64,000 nucleotides of DNA from Bacillota bacterium (GCA_022706785.1 JAKJBW010000001.1:12373-76372); one strand, 5' to 3'; numbered from the stretch's first letter, positions 44,681 to 53,960 are shown. Notes: a model not told the origin generated them from the sequence alone. A program made the numbers and translations.

Positions 44681-45307
44681 ATGACAGATTATAAAGAGAA
44701 AAATCGCGCATTGGTTTGCGGCGTTGTGGAAGATAAGGCGGTATTCAGCCATGAGGTGTACGGAGAAAAATTTTATATTTTCACCCTGCGCGTACTGCGC
44801 TTGAGTGAGATTTGCGACTACATAAGGATATTGGCGTCGGAGCGGCTGTTTGGCGGTGAATTTGATATCGGCCCCGGCAATACCGTATCGGTCGACGGGC
44901 AGTTCCGTTCCTATAATAATTATGGCGGAGAAGGCAACAAGCTTGTTTTAACCGTATTTGCAAAGGACATATACTCTGCCTCCGAAGCAGACCTTGTAAA
45001 CCCCAACCAGGTTTTCTTAGACGGCTTTATCTGCAAACAGCCGGTATACCGCGTTACGCCGTTCGGCCGGGAGATCGCCGATATGCTTATTGCGGTAAAC
45101 CGTTCATACAGCAAATCGGACTATATTCCTATTATAGCATGGGGCAGGAACGCGCGCTTTTGCCGTGATCTTGCCGTGGGCGCACATATCCGCGTCTGGG
45201 GAAGAATCCAATCCCGGGAATATCAGAAAAAAATCAGCGAAGACGATATCGTCACCAAGGTCGCCTACGAGGTTTCAATCGGGAAAATGGAGCTTGCCGA
45301 CGAATAA
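44681..45307 (+). CDS. SSB-like protein, possibly a tandem OB-fold
   Basis: Two repeated blocks (..VDGQFRSYNNYG.. and ..RVWGRIQSREYQKK..) typical of OB-fold ssDNA binders. Start set at MTDYKE, which has an SD. Confidence 0.5.
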   Translation: MTDYKEKNRALVCGVVEDKAVFSHEVYGEKFYIFTLRVLRLSEICDYIRILASERLFGGEFDIGPGNTVSVDGQFRSYNNYGGEGNKLVLTVFAKDIYSASEADLVNPNQVFLDGFICKQPVYRVTPFGREIADMLIAVNRSYSKSDYIPIIAWGRNARFCRDLAVGAHIRVWGRIQSREYQKKISEDDIVTKVAYEVSIGKMELADE

Positions 45308-45428
45308 TACCAGTATAAGCAAATCGCATTTACCATACGCAAAAATTTCCAGTATAAGCTTTGGCATAGTGCATAAAATAGGATTGCAAACAAGATTTGC
45401 TTATATTTTTTTAAGGAGTGATTTTACA

Positions 45429-45623
45429 ATGGCAAGAAATAACAGAAATTTAGTCCCGGAAGCCAGACAGGCTCTTGACAAGTTCAAAATGGAAGCGGCA
45501 AGCCAGGTAGGCGTAACCTTAAATCCCGGCTACAACGGCAACCTTACCAGCAAGCAGGCAGGCTCTGTAGGCGGCCAGATGGTTAAGGACATGATCCAAA
45601 AAGTAGAAAACTCAATGAAGTAA
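45429..45623 (+). CDS. Small acid-soluble spore protein, alpha/beta type
   Basis: 64 aa. LVPEARQALDKFKMEAASQVGV and TSKQAGSVGGQMVK are hallmark SASP boxes. AAGGAG SD. Confidence 0.9.
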   Translation: MARNNRNLVPEARQALDKFKMEAASQVGVTLNPGYNGNLTSKQAGSVGGQMVKDMIQKVENSMK

Positions 45624-45641
45624 GACATAGTACCCAAACAG

Positions 45642-45670
45642 AAAAAACCGCCCTGCTGGGCGGTTTTTTC
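45642..45670. terminator. Bidirectional terminator
   Basis: AAAAAA-CCGCCC-TGCT-GGGCGG-TTTTTT between convergent genes. Confidence 0.8.
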
Positions 45671-45707
45671 TGTTTTCGGTGCTTAAATACACGTTTGGCA
45701 TGCGCAT

Positions 45708-46601
45708 TTATTTGTCCTCCCATGCGGCAGCCCTTAATATTACCGGTATATTGACACGGACGGCTTTTGCCAGCTGGTCAAAGCCAATCGGGTTTTTGCC
45801 CGTTCCTATTTCAATCGTAAAGCCGGGCCTGTCGAACCTGTCGATAAACCAGTCCTTGTACCCTCCGAAGCCCGCAAACCCTTGCGGCTGCAGCAGGCGG
45901 TAGCCTGAAATCTCCGCCAGCTCCTCGGCAAGCTTCTTTGCGCCCCGGGGCAGCTTGCCCATAAAATCATAGTAAATCTCCTCGCCCTGGGAATGGTACG
46001 CAATGACAGCATCAGGCCATATGTCCCGTGTAAACTGCGCCAGCGCCTGACTTTCGGGCTCACTTTCCGGATAGGGGCCTGCATAGCGTGTCGGAGCCGG
46101 CCGCTTTGCCGTCTCCTTCATGCTCATCGCCTCATACCAGTATGCGTCATAGTTGTGGTTTAAGTCCACACCGTGGATGTTGGCCTGCCATTCGCCTGCA
46201 AAGTCTACGCCGCCGCCTGTAAGATTAACAACATTCTGATAAAAATAGTTGTCCTCCTCTATCCGTCCGGCGGCCAGGTCAATACCGTCGGGATTAAGCA
46301 TGGGGATGATATAAATGCTGCTGGTTTTAAAAAGCTCCCGCATGTTGTAGTCATAAAGCGGCTGTTTGGAAACATATGCTTTCAGACAGCCTTCGGTAAT
46401 GTTTAAAAGCATGATGCTGGTGAGCCATTCAAGGCTGTGGTGCGCCCCTACGCAGATCAGCCTGCGTTCCCCCTGCCCAAGACGTATGCAGTATAAATCC
46501 TTGCCCATCACGCTTTTGCCGATACTGAAAAAATCGGCAAACGGATACTGGTATTGCAGTGAACGCAAGCCTATCTTCAGGTTTTCATGCTTGTAGGCCA
46601 T
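45708..46601 (-). CDS. M14 zinc carboxypeptidase family (gamma-D-glutamyl-diamino-acid peptidase-like)
   Basis: Zinc motif GAHHSLEW, and PMLNPDG. Start set at MAYKHEN. Confidence 0.75.
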   Translation of the reverse strand: MAYKHENLKIGLRSLQYQYPFADFFSIGKSVMGKDLYCIRLGQGERRLICVGAHHSLEWLTSIMLLNITEGCLKAYVSKQPLYDYNMRELFKTSSIYIIPMLNPDGIDLAAGRIEEDNYFYQNVVNLTGGGVDFAGEWQANIHGVDLNHNYDAYWYEAMSMKETAKRPAPTRYAGPYPESEPESQALAQFTRDIWPDAVIAYHSQGEEIYYDFMGKLPRGAKKLAEELAEISGYRLLQPQGFAGFGGYKDWFIDRFDRPGFTIEIGTGKNPIGFDQLAKAVRVNIPVILRAAAWEDK

Positions 46602-46653
46602 ATCGGTTCCCCTTTCCAAAAATAATAAATGTCTGCGAAGCATGGCATGACTG

Positions 46654-47184
46654 CTAGGCAAAAAACATGCGGGATATCACCACGCTGGCCGTTATACCTA
46701 CGATATCGGCGAATATTGCCGCCGGCAGGGCGTGGCGCGTATTGCGGATCCCCACAGCGCCGAAATAAACGGTAAGGGTGTAAAAGGTGGTTTCGGTTGA
46801 GCCCATCATGGTAGACGCCATGCGCCCCTGCAGCGTGTCGGGGCCGAACCGGTTCACAATATCGGTGAGGATGCCGAGCGCACCCCCGCCCGACACCGGC
46901 CGCAGCAGCGCAAGCGGCAAAAGATCGTTTGGCATGCCTATAGCGCTTGTCAGCGGCCGCAGCAGACCGCCTATGATATCAAGCGTGCCCGACGCGCGCA
47001 GCATCGCTACAGCCACCAAAAGCCCTATGACGGGCGGGATAATGCGGACAACGGTTTTAAGCCCGTCTGCCGCGCCTTCTATAAAATAATCATAGACCCT
47101 TACGCGGCGGGCAAGTCCGAACAGGATAATGGTGATAAACATTGCGGGCACGGCAAGCAGTGAAACAGTTTGCATCAGCTTCAT
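46654..47184 (-). CDS. spmB: Spore maturation protein B
   Basis: Nucleoside-recognition-type membrane protein (LRPVSGGGALGI..STETTFYT) adjacent to spmA. Confidence 0.8.
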   Translation of the reverse strand: MKLMQTVSLLAVPAMFITIILFGLARRVRVYDYFIEGAADGLKTVVRIIPPVIGLLVAVAMLRASGTLDIIGGLLRPLTSAIGMPNDLLPLALLRPVSGGGALGILTDIVNRFGPDTLQGRMASTMMGSTETTFYTLTVYFGAVGIRNTRHALPAAIFADIVGITASVVISRMFFA

Positions 47185-47386
47185 GGCATACTCCTCTGTA
47201 CCGGTTTTGATTGGGCAATGGCGCAAAACCTGTTTTGTGAAGTATTTTTGAGGAAATTTTCGCATTTTGCAAGGCGGCGGCTTCCCGTAATACTTTGTGT
47301 ATTGCGGAGCTGTCGACAACACAGCAAAATCGGAAATTTACCAAAAAGACGAGTGAATGGGGTTTTGCATCATTGCGATTGGCGCG

Positions 47387-47992
47387 TCATTTGCCTGGTC
47401 GGCGTTTATACGCTGTGGGCCGCCTGCCCTGCAGCGCCAGCGTCATACCTATCCCCGCCACGCATGCGCACACTGAGGTCAGCCATATGGGCAGCATCAC
47501 CTCAAAGGGCGCCGCGGAACCGGCCGCGCTGCGTATGGCAATGATGGTGGAAGGGATGATCTGAAGCGACGCGTTGTTGAGCACCACAAACATGCACATG
47601 GCATTGCTGGCCCATGGCCTGCCCGAGTTCAATTTATCCAGCTCGGTCATTGCCTTAAGCCCCAGCGGGGTCGCCGCGTTGCCCATACCGAGAAGATTGG
47701 CGGTGATATTGAGCATAATGGCGCCCATGGCGGGCGATTCGGGCGCAACGTCGGGAAAAAGGCGCCTTGCCAGAGGCTTTGCCAGCTTGCACAGGGCATG
47801 TATCATGCCGCCTGCCTCAGCAATTTTCATCAGCCCTGTCCACATGCACATAATGCCCGCGAAGCCGAAAACTGTCATAACCGCGTCATTGGCGGCCCTC
47901 ATGCCCTCCTGCATAGTTGCGTCCAGGCGGCCTGTGCATGCCGCTACAATTACAGACACCAGCAGCATACCCGCCCATATGTAGTTCATCAT
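47387..47992 (-). CDS. spmA: Spore maturation protein A
   Basis: MMNYIWAGMLL..ANLLGMGNAATPLGLKAM, typical of SpmA. Confidence 0.8.
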   Translation of the reverse strand: MMNYIWAGMLLVSVIVAACTGRLDATMQEGMRAANDAVMTVFGFAGIMCMWTGLMKIAEAGGMIHALCKLAKPLARRLFPDVAPESPAMGAIMLNITANLLGMGNAATPLGLKAMTELDKLNSGRPWASNAMCMFVVLNNASLQIIPSTIIAIRSAAGSAAPFEVMLPIWLTSVCACVAGIGMTLALQGRRPTAYKRRPGK

Positions 47993-48153
47993 GCAAAACC
48001 GCCCCCTTCGCCGCATGATATGTTTCTGATTAGTACTCCATATCCATGTATATGCCCCCGGGCCCGTCAACATGAAAAAAACTGCCGGATTGTTCCCGGC
48101 AGTTTTGGATGTGATTTATTTTAAATATAAAATTGCTTTACATAATGATAAAA

Positions 48154-48426
48154 TTATTGCGTAGCGGCGCCGCCGCTTGCAATCATTCTAATGAGCAGCG
48201 AAAGCGCTATGGATGTAGCTAAGAAAAGAATCGCGAAAAACGCCGTCCACTTCTCAAGCTTTGCATCAATCGTCCTGCCCTTGTTTTTACCGAAGAAGGT
48301 TTCAGCACCGCCGGCAATGCTGCCCGACAACCCTGCCGTTCTTCCCGACTGCAAAAGAACAACAGCGATAAGCACCAGTGAGGATATAATATGAAGCACT
48401 ATTGTAATGGTTTCAGCGGTTTGCAT
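48154..48426 (-). CDS. secG: Preprotein translocase subunit SecG
   Basis: 90 aa with two TM segments and LLQSGRTAGLSGSIAGG. Confidence 0.85.
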   Translation of the reverse strand: MQTAETITIVLHIISSLVLIAVVLLQSGRTAGLSGSIAGGAETFFGKNKGRTIDAKLEKWTAFFAILFLATSIALSLLIRMIASGGAATQ

Positions 48427-48785
48427 AATAGTAAGTTACCTCCTAAACTTCAATCTCTGATTTCCGTAACGCTAGATTATTATACCATAATCGCAAAGCC
48501 GCGCATCGGCCCTGCCACACACCGGCACAATAAATGCATCCGAAGTAAAGCCTTACCGGCTTTACCTCCTTGAATCGCATTTATTATACCACAGATATTT
48601 TATTTTACAAGACATTTATGAAATTTTTTATAAAACATCAGCCCGATTCATGTCATTTTTGCCCCAAGGCCCCGAAAAAACAGATTTTATTTATCTAAAC
48701 CCCTATACATCATTTAAAGTATTTGGTATAATAATACCAACGCTATACCAACGCTACTTTCTGTTAAATACGAGGTGAATCCTTT

Positions 48786-50054
48786 ATGCATGAAAACGAC
48801 ACTGTGATAGAAAAGGCTGTTCTTGCCGGCGTGCACACAGGCAGACCCGATGTGTCCGGCGACGTCACCGAAGAATCCATGGACGAGCTTGAGCAGCTGG
48901 CAAAGACAGCGGGCGTAGATGTCTGCGGTATGCTCCTTCAAAACAGGCGCACGCCCGATCCCGCAACGTATGTGGGAGAAGGGAAGATCGATGAGATCCG
49001 CAATGCCGCAGCCTCGCTTGACGCCAATGTCGTCATCTTTGACGACGAGCTTTCCCCCGTACAGGTAAAAAATATATCCGAAGCGCTTGGCCTTAAGGTA
49101 GTGGACCGCACCACGCTTATTTTAGACATTTTCGCATCACGCGCCGCAACCAGGGAAGGCAAAATCCAGGTGGAGATGGCGCAGCTGCGCTACCTGCTCC
49201 CCCGCCTTACCGGCATGGGAAGCTCCCTGTCACGCCTGGGTGGCGGAATCGGCACCAGAGGCCCCGGCGAAACCAAGCTTGAAACCGACCGCCGCCATAT
49301 CCGCCGCCGTATCGACGCACTGGCAGACGAGCTGAAGGAAATACAAAGGCACCGCGACCTGCTGCGGGCGCGCCGCAAAAAGGAGGCCATCCCCGTTGTG
49401 GCGCTGGTGGGCTACACAAACGCCGGCAAATCGTCGCTGCTTAATATACTCACAGGCGCAAATGTTTTGGCCCAGGACAAGCTTTTCGCAACGCTTGACC
49501 CTACCCACCGCGGCATCACGCTTGCCGACGGGCGTGAGCTTCTGATGGTCGACACGGTAGGCTTTATTCGCAAGCTCCCCACCCATCTCATCAGGGCGTT
49601 TAAATCCACCCTGGAGGAAGCCGCGCTTGCCGACGTGCTTTTGCATGTTATTGACGCGTCCAATCCCGAACATAACCACCATATTAAAGTCGTCGAGGAT
49701 ATTTTAGACGAGATCGGGGCGGGCGGCAAGCCTTGCATAGCGGTTTTTAACAAGATGGACGCGGCGCAGGATGTGGTCCCTGCGCAAATGTCGGCCAACG
49801 TACACGCCTGCGCATACATTTCAGCTAAAAACGGCGACGGCACAGACAGGCTTATGGATCTGGTATCACAGCTTACGCCCGGCAGCAGACAGCGCATCAG
49901 GGCATGCATACCCTATTCGGAAGGCAGGCTGATGTCTTTGCTGCATGAAACACAGGTGGTGCAGGACGAAGCCTTCGGTCAGGACGGCGTCACAGTCAGC
50001 GCCCTTGTGGACGCCGCCATGTACGACGCGCTCAGACAATATCTGATAACGTAA
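48786..50054 (+). CDS. hflX: GTPase HflX
   Basis: LDIFASRAATREGKIQVEMAQL, GPGETKLETDRR, G1 motif GYTNAGKSSL, and DTVGF. Confidence 0.9.
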   Translation: MHENDTVIEKAVLAGVHTGRPDVSGDVTEESMDELEQLAKTAGVDVCGMLLQNRRTPDPATYVGEGKIDEIRNAAASLDANVVIFDDELSPVQVKNISEALGLKVVDRTTLILDIFASRAATREGKIQVEMAQLRYLLPRLTGMGSSLSRLGGGIGTRGPGETKLETDRRHIRRRIDALADELKEIQRHRDLLRARRKKEAIPVVALVGYTNAGKSSLLNILTGANVLAQDKLFATLDPTHRGITLADGRELLMVDTVGFIRKLPTHLIRAFKSTLEEAALADVLLHVIDASNPEHNHHIKVVEDILDEIGAGGKPCIAVFNKMDAAQDVVPAQMSANVHACAYISAKNGDGTDRLMDLVSQLTPGSRQRIRACIPYSEGRLMSLLHETQVVQDEAFGQDGVTVSALVDAAMYDALRQYLIT

Positions 50055-50200
50055 CGGGCTGAAAAAATTTCGTTTGTAGAAATTTTCCCACACCTTCGCG
50101 CGCTTCAGCGAAGCGTAAGCTTGTCTCACCGCTTGCCCGGCAAACCGGCGCCCGCCGCCTAAACAAGTTTTGGGACGGGGAACATCTACGCGAAGTTATA
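50046..50200. repeat. ~155-bp intergenic repeat, copy A
   Basis: Aligns along its length with 51795-51948 (ATAACGTAACGGGCTGAAAA..TCTCACCGCTTGCCCGG..GCCGCCTAAACAAGTTTTG..GTTATA). Confidence 0.8.
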
Positions 50201-50213
50201 GACAGGTGATAAG

Positions 50214-50840
50214 ATGATAAAGGCTTCCTATAAAACAATAGCAAAAGCCGCCCAGGCGGAGCTTACGGAGCGCAAATCCAGGTTTATCGCCTGTGTGCAG
50301 CCGGTAAGCAAAGAGGACGAGGCGCTTGCGCTGATATCGCGCGTGCGCAGCAAATACTACGACGCGCGCCATCATGTGTACGCCTATATCCTTGATGAAA
50401 ATAACATCAGCCGCTACAGCGACGACGGCGAGCCCTCGGGAACGGCAGGGCTGCCCGTGCTCGACGTGCTGAAAAAAGAGGCGCTGACCAACGTTGCCGT
50501 AGTGGTGGCGCGTTATTTCGGCGGCACACTTCTGGGCACGGGCGGCCTGGTGCGTGCATACAGCACAGCGGCAAAGCTCGGCATAGAAGCAGGCGGGATA
50601 ACCTTGCGGACGCTGTGCGATATGGTGTCTGTCAGGGCGGATTATACCCTGCTCGGCAAGATAAAGCATGAAACCGCCGCCGCAGGCTTTGTGGTGGGCG
50701 ACATTGCCTATGCCGATGACGTGACCTTGTCTGTCTACTGCCAGGCCGGCAGTTCCGATGCCTATATATCGCTTATCCGCGATGTGACGGGGGCAAGAGC
50801 GGTGTGCCGCACAGAAGGACAGTGCTACATAGACAAATGA
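50214..50840 (+). CDS. yigZ: YigZ/IMPACT family protein
   Basis: KSRFIACV..ARHHVYAY..DDGEPSGTAG.P..VVVARYFGGT.LG.GGLVRAY. Confidence 0.85.
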   Translation: MIKASYKTIAKAAQAELTERKSRFIACVQPVSKEDEALALISRVRSKYYDARHHVYAYILDENNISRYSDDGEPSGTAGLPVLDVLKKEALTNVAVVVARYFGGTLLGTGGLVRAYSTAAKLGIEAGGITLRTLCDMVSVRADYTLLGKIKHETAAAGFVVGDIAYADDVTLSVYCQAGSSDAYISLIRDVTGARAVCRTEGQCYIDK

Positions 50841-50887
50841 GCCGTTTTGGCAGTTATAAATCATATGTGAAAAAAGTCTGTGGGATA

Positions 50888-50916
50888 TTGACAAATTCAG
50901 ATAAATAAAATATCAT
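50888..50916 (+). promoter_or_regulatory. Candidate sigma-A promoter for a long trxA leader
   Basis: TTGACA, a 17-nt spacer, then TATCAT, about 310 nt upstream of the trxA ATG. Confidence 0.4.
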
Positions 50917-51029
50917 GCTTGGTATATACTAAGTTCGGGTGGGCAGCGTCTGCCGGCGCCTGCACAACAAAAGCGGCGGATATTTTAACAGGCTGTCCGG
51001 CAGCCCGCTTCGGGGTAAATTTTTTAAAT

Positions 51030-51193
51030 AGATCTGTCCGCTGACCCAGGCGCGAGCGGATAATTGAGGATTTTTTCCGCCGGGTGGTGCAGGCAGGTTC
51101 CGCCAATACTTTGTGTATTGGCGGGTTCCGGCTGCATCGCCCGGCGGGGAAAAGACCGGTTTTGCCGCTGTGTCTGGGTCAGCGGACAGATCT
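51030..51193. repeat. Structured element in the trxA 5' region, closed by a 20-bp perfect inverted repeat
   Basis: 51030-51049 (AGATCTGTCCGCTGACCCAG) is the reverse complement of 51174-51193. Nested helices lie inside, including CCGCCAATAC-TTTGT-GTATTGGCGG. Confidence 0.7.
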
Positions 51194-51230
51194 GATAAAA
51201 TAAAAGCGTGTTTTCAAGGAGGAAACTGCC

Positions 51231-51557
51231 ATGAGTGAAAATTTGATTGTCATAACCAGCGATAATTTTGAAGCCGAGGTTTTAAAGTCGGACATCCCTG
51301 TCATGGTCGACTTTTGGGCGTCATGGTGCGGACCCTGCAGAATGGTTTCGCCTATTATCGACGAGCTGGCAAATGACTTTTCGGGCAACGCCAAAATCGG
51401 CAAGATCAATGTGGACGAGCAGATGGAGCTGGCTGAAAAATACAAGGTGATGTCCATTCCCACGGTAATAGTATTTAAAAACGGCGAAGTTGTGGACAAG
51501 GCTGTGGGCGCACGCTCCAAAGCGGATTTTTCGGATATGCTTTCAAAGCAGCTTTAA
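51231..51557 (+). CDS. trxA: Thioredoxin
   Basis: WASWCGPCR active site, 108 aa, AAGGAGG SD. Confidence 0.95.
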   Translation: MSENLIVITSDNFEAEVLKSDIPVMVDFWASWCGPCRMVSPIIDELANDFSGNAKIGKINVDEQMELAEKYKVMSIPTVIVFKNGEVVDKAVGARSKADFSDMLSKQL

Positions 51558-51713
51558 TACTGATCTCCAATAGAAATCACAAGATCTTTCCGGGCCTTTT
51601 TGCACCGGGCGGCGTTCTCCTTTTTGGCGGGCGACAGCCCGCCTGCATCGTCAGCCTTGCCCGGCTGGGAAAATCCTCGGAAAGCTTATCGCACTTTCTA
51701 TCGGAGATCAGTA
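51558..51713. repeat. Structured element in the trxA 3' region, closed by a 19-bp inverted repeat
   Basis: TACTGATCTCCAATAGAAA (51558-51576) pairs with TTTCTATCGGAGATCAGTA (51695-51713), with one mismatch. Its interior shares CTGCATCG..CCCGGC.GGGAAAA with the upstream element. Confidence 0.7.
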
Positions 51714-51737
51714 TAAGCGGAATAAAACATGGTATCA

Positions 51738-51767
51738 TAAAAAACCGCCCTAAGGCGGTTTTTTTTC
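51738..51767. terminator. Bidirectional terminator
   Basis: AAAAAA-CCGCC-CTAA-GGCGG-TTTTTTTT. Confidence 0.8.
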
Positions 51768-51794
51768 ATTCAGACTGTTCTTCGGCTGCCGTTT

Positions 51795-51948
51795 ATAACG
51801 TAACGGGCTGAAAATTTTCGTTTGCAGAAATTTTTTCACAGCTTCGTCGCTTCAGTAAAGCGGACGATTGTCTCACCGCTTGCCCGGTAAATTGGTAAGC
51901 GCCGCCTAAACAAGTTTTGAGGCGGGGGGACATCTATGCGGAGTTATA
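51795..51948. repeat. ~155-bp intergenic repeat, copy B
   Basis: Direct repeat of 50046-50200. Its right end overlaps the murC stop codon. Confidence 0.8.
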
Positions 51949-53347
51949 ACACGCTCCCAACGGCGCTGCGCCGGCTAAGCATCAATTCTCCCGCTTCATA
52001 TATGCTGCCCGCCCCCATGGTAATAACAATATCGCCCGGGCGGACGAGCTGAGAAAGCCTGCGCGCAATCTCGTCAAACGACGATATATACTCCACATTC
52101 CTGCCGCGCTCAGCCAAACGCCCTGCAAGATCCTTAGCATGGATCAGACCGTTGTCCTTTTCACGCGCAGCGTAAATATCCGTAACAATAATCCTGTCGG
52201 CATCATCAAACGCCTGGGCAAATTCATCCAAAAGCATCATGGTGCGTGTATAAGTATGCGGCTGAAACGCCACAATAACGCGTCCTGCCGTCATTTCGCG
52301 CGCGGTGGACAAGGTGGCTTTTATTTCTGTCGGATGGTGGGCATAGTCGTCGATCAGCACAGCCTCACCCAAAACGCCTTTTTTCTCAAACCGGCGGTGA
52401 ACGCCCGCAAAGTCCGTCAACCCCCTGGCAATACCGTCCCCGTCCAGACCCAAAGCCTCGCCCACCGCAAAACACGCCAGTGCGTTTAAGACATTATGCT
52501 GCCCCGGCACATTTAAGCTGATATGGCATTTCTCACCGTGATAGGTCACGTCAAACTCCCCGTAAGAAGCGTGATAGGTCAATGCCTCGGGCGTTATGGC
52601 GTTTGAGGCGGAAATGCCGTAGGTGATAACCTTTGCATTGGCCTCTGCGACGCACTCCATCGCATTTTCATCATCGCCGCAAACCACCGCATACCCTTCC
52701 GGCCCGGCAAGCGCGGCAAACGCGGCAAACGCCTCCTTAATCTGATCCATTCCCTCAAAAAAATCAAGATGATCGGCTTCAACATTGGTGATCACAGCCA
52801 CCGTCGGGAAGAACTCAAGGAATGAGCAATGGTACTCACAGGCCTCGGTCAAAAAATACTCGCCGCCTCCGGCGCGAATGTTGCCGCCGATCAGATCAAG
52901 CTCTCCCCCCAGCGTGATGGTAGGGTCTTTTCCGGCGGCAAGCAAAACATGCGACAGCATGGAGGTGGTGGTTGTTTTCCCATGCGTGCCTGCAACACAG
53001 ATACTGTGCCGGTAGTCGCGCATAAGGCTGCCTAAAAGCGTTGCGCGCTCAATGCAGGGGATTTGCCTTGCGGCACAAAAAACAAGCTCCGGATTATCCT
53101 GCCTCACAGCGGCGGTGTATACGGTAAGGTCAGCGCCATCCGCATTTGCGGCCGCATGCCCGATAAATACCGTGGCGCCCAAGTCCCGCAACCTTTTGGT
53201 GATATGACTTTCGGCAACGTCCGAACCACTGATGCGATATCCCTTTTTCAAAAGAATCTCGGCCAGGCCGCTCATGCTGATGCCGCCAATGCCTACAAAA
53301 TGGATATGTCCTTCTTTGGGAATATCCGAAAGATAAAATTTATTCAT
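51944..53347 (-). CDS. murC: UDP-N-acetylmuramate--L-alanine ligase
   Basis: HFVGIGGISMSGLAEIL, GTHGKTTTTSM and the Mur-ligase C-terminus. Confidence 0.9.
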   Translation of the reverse strand: MNKFYLSDIPKEGHIHFVGIGGISMSGLAEILLKKGYRISGSDVAESHITKRLRDLGATVFIGHAAANADGADLTVYTAAVRQDNPELVFCAARQIPCIERATLLGSLMRDYRHSICVAGTHGKTTTTSMLSHVLLAAGKDPTITLGGELDLIGGNIRAGGGEYFLTEACEYHCSFLEFFPTVAVITNVEADHLDFFEGMDQIKEAFAAFAALAGPEGYAVVCGDDENAMECVAEANAKVITYGISASNAITPEALTYHASYGEFDVTYHGEKCHISLNVPGQHNVLNALACFAVGEALGLDGDGIARGLTDFAGVHRRFEKKGVLGEAVLIDDYAHHPTEIKATLSTAREMTAGRVIVAFQPHTYTRTMMLLDEFAQAFDDADRIIVTDIYAAREKDNGLIHAKDLAGRLAERGRNVEYISSFDEIARRLSQLVRPGDIVITMGAGSIYEAGELMLSRRSAVGSVL

Positions 53348-53960
53348 AAAAGCAGCTCCCAGATATTTTAGTAAAACACAGGGCTAATTTGTTAGCAAAG
53401 CATTTACACAAATTTTTGTATCCCTAACAGAATAATTATATACCAGATTTCAAAAAAGTAAAACCTTATTTTTTAAAAAATGATTTTAAGCGGCGTATCC
53501 GCTGTAGAACATGCCCGATAACGTTTTCTCCCCTGCATAACAGTCCGTGCATTCCGGCGCGCAGGCTGTTATGCAGGGAAGAAAACAGGCGTACAGGTTT
53601 TTTTTTGCTGATGCTCAGACACAGCCCGAGCGCTGCCGGATAAAATAGCATAATTTTTTAAAAAAGAGGGAAAGCTTTTTAAGTCTAATTAAATTTACAA
53701 AGGTTGCCACACATATATAGGAAATTTGCACAATATAATTCACATGAAAACATTAAAACAATAAAAAGTAATGAAAAGTCATAAAAAAAGTTACAAAAAT
53801 GTATTGACTATTTAATCTGAATATGTGAAAATGTTAACTACAGTAAAGTCATGCGCCACAATGAAGCTTTTTTAACAGACAGATTGAATACATGTCATCC
53901 GGGACGATTTATGTGTCATCTTATGCGCAAAGTTGCATTAGGGAAGGTGGTGAGCACATC

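Noticed and set aside
50196-50894. 232-aa minus-strand ORF
   Set aside because: It is antisense to yigZ, whose product shows the full YigZ/IMPACT signature. It is a high-GC shadow frame rich in Arg, Ala and His.
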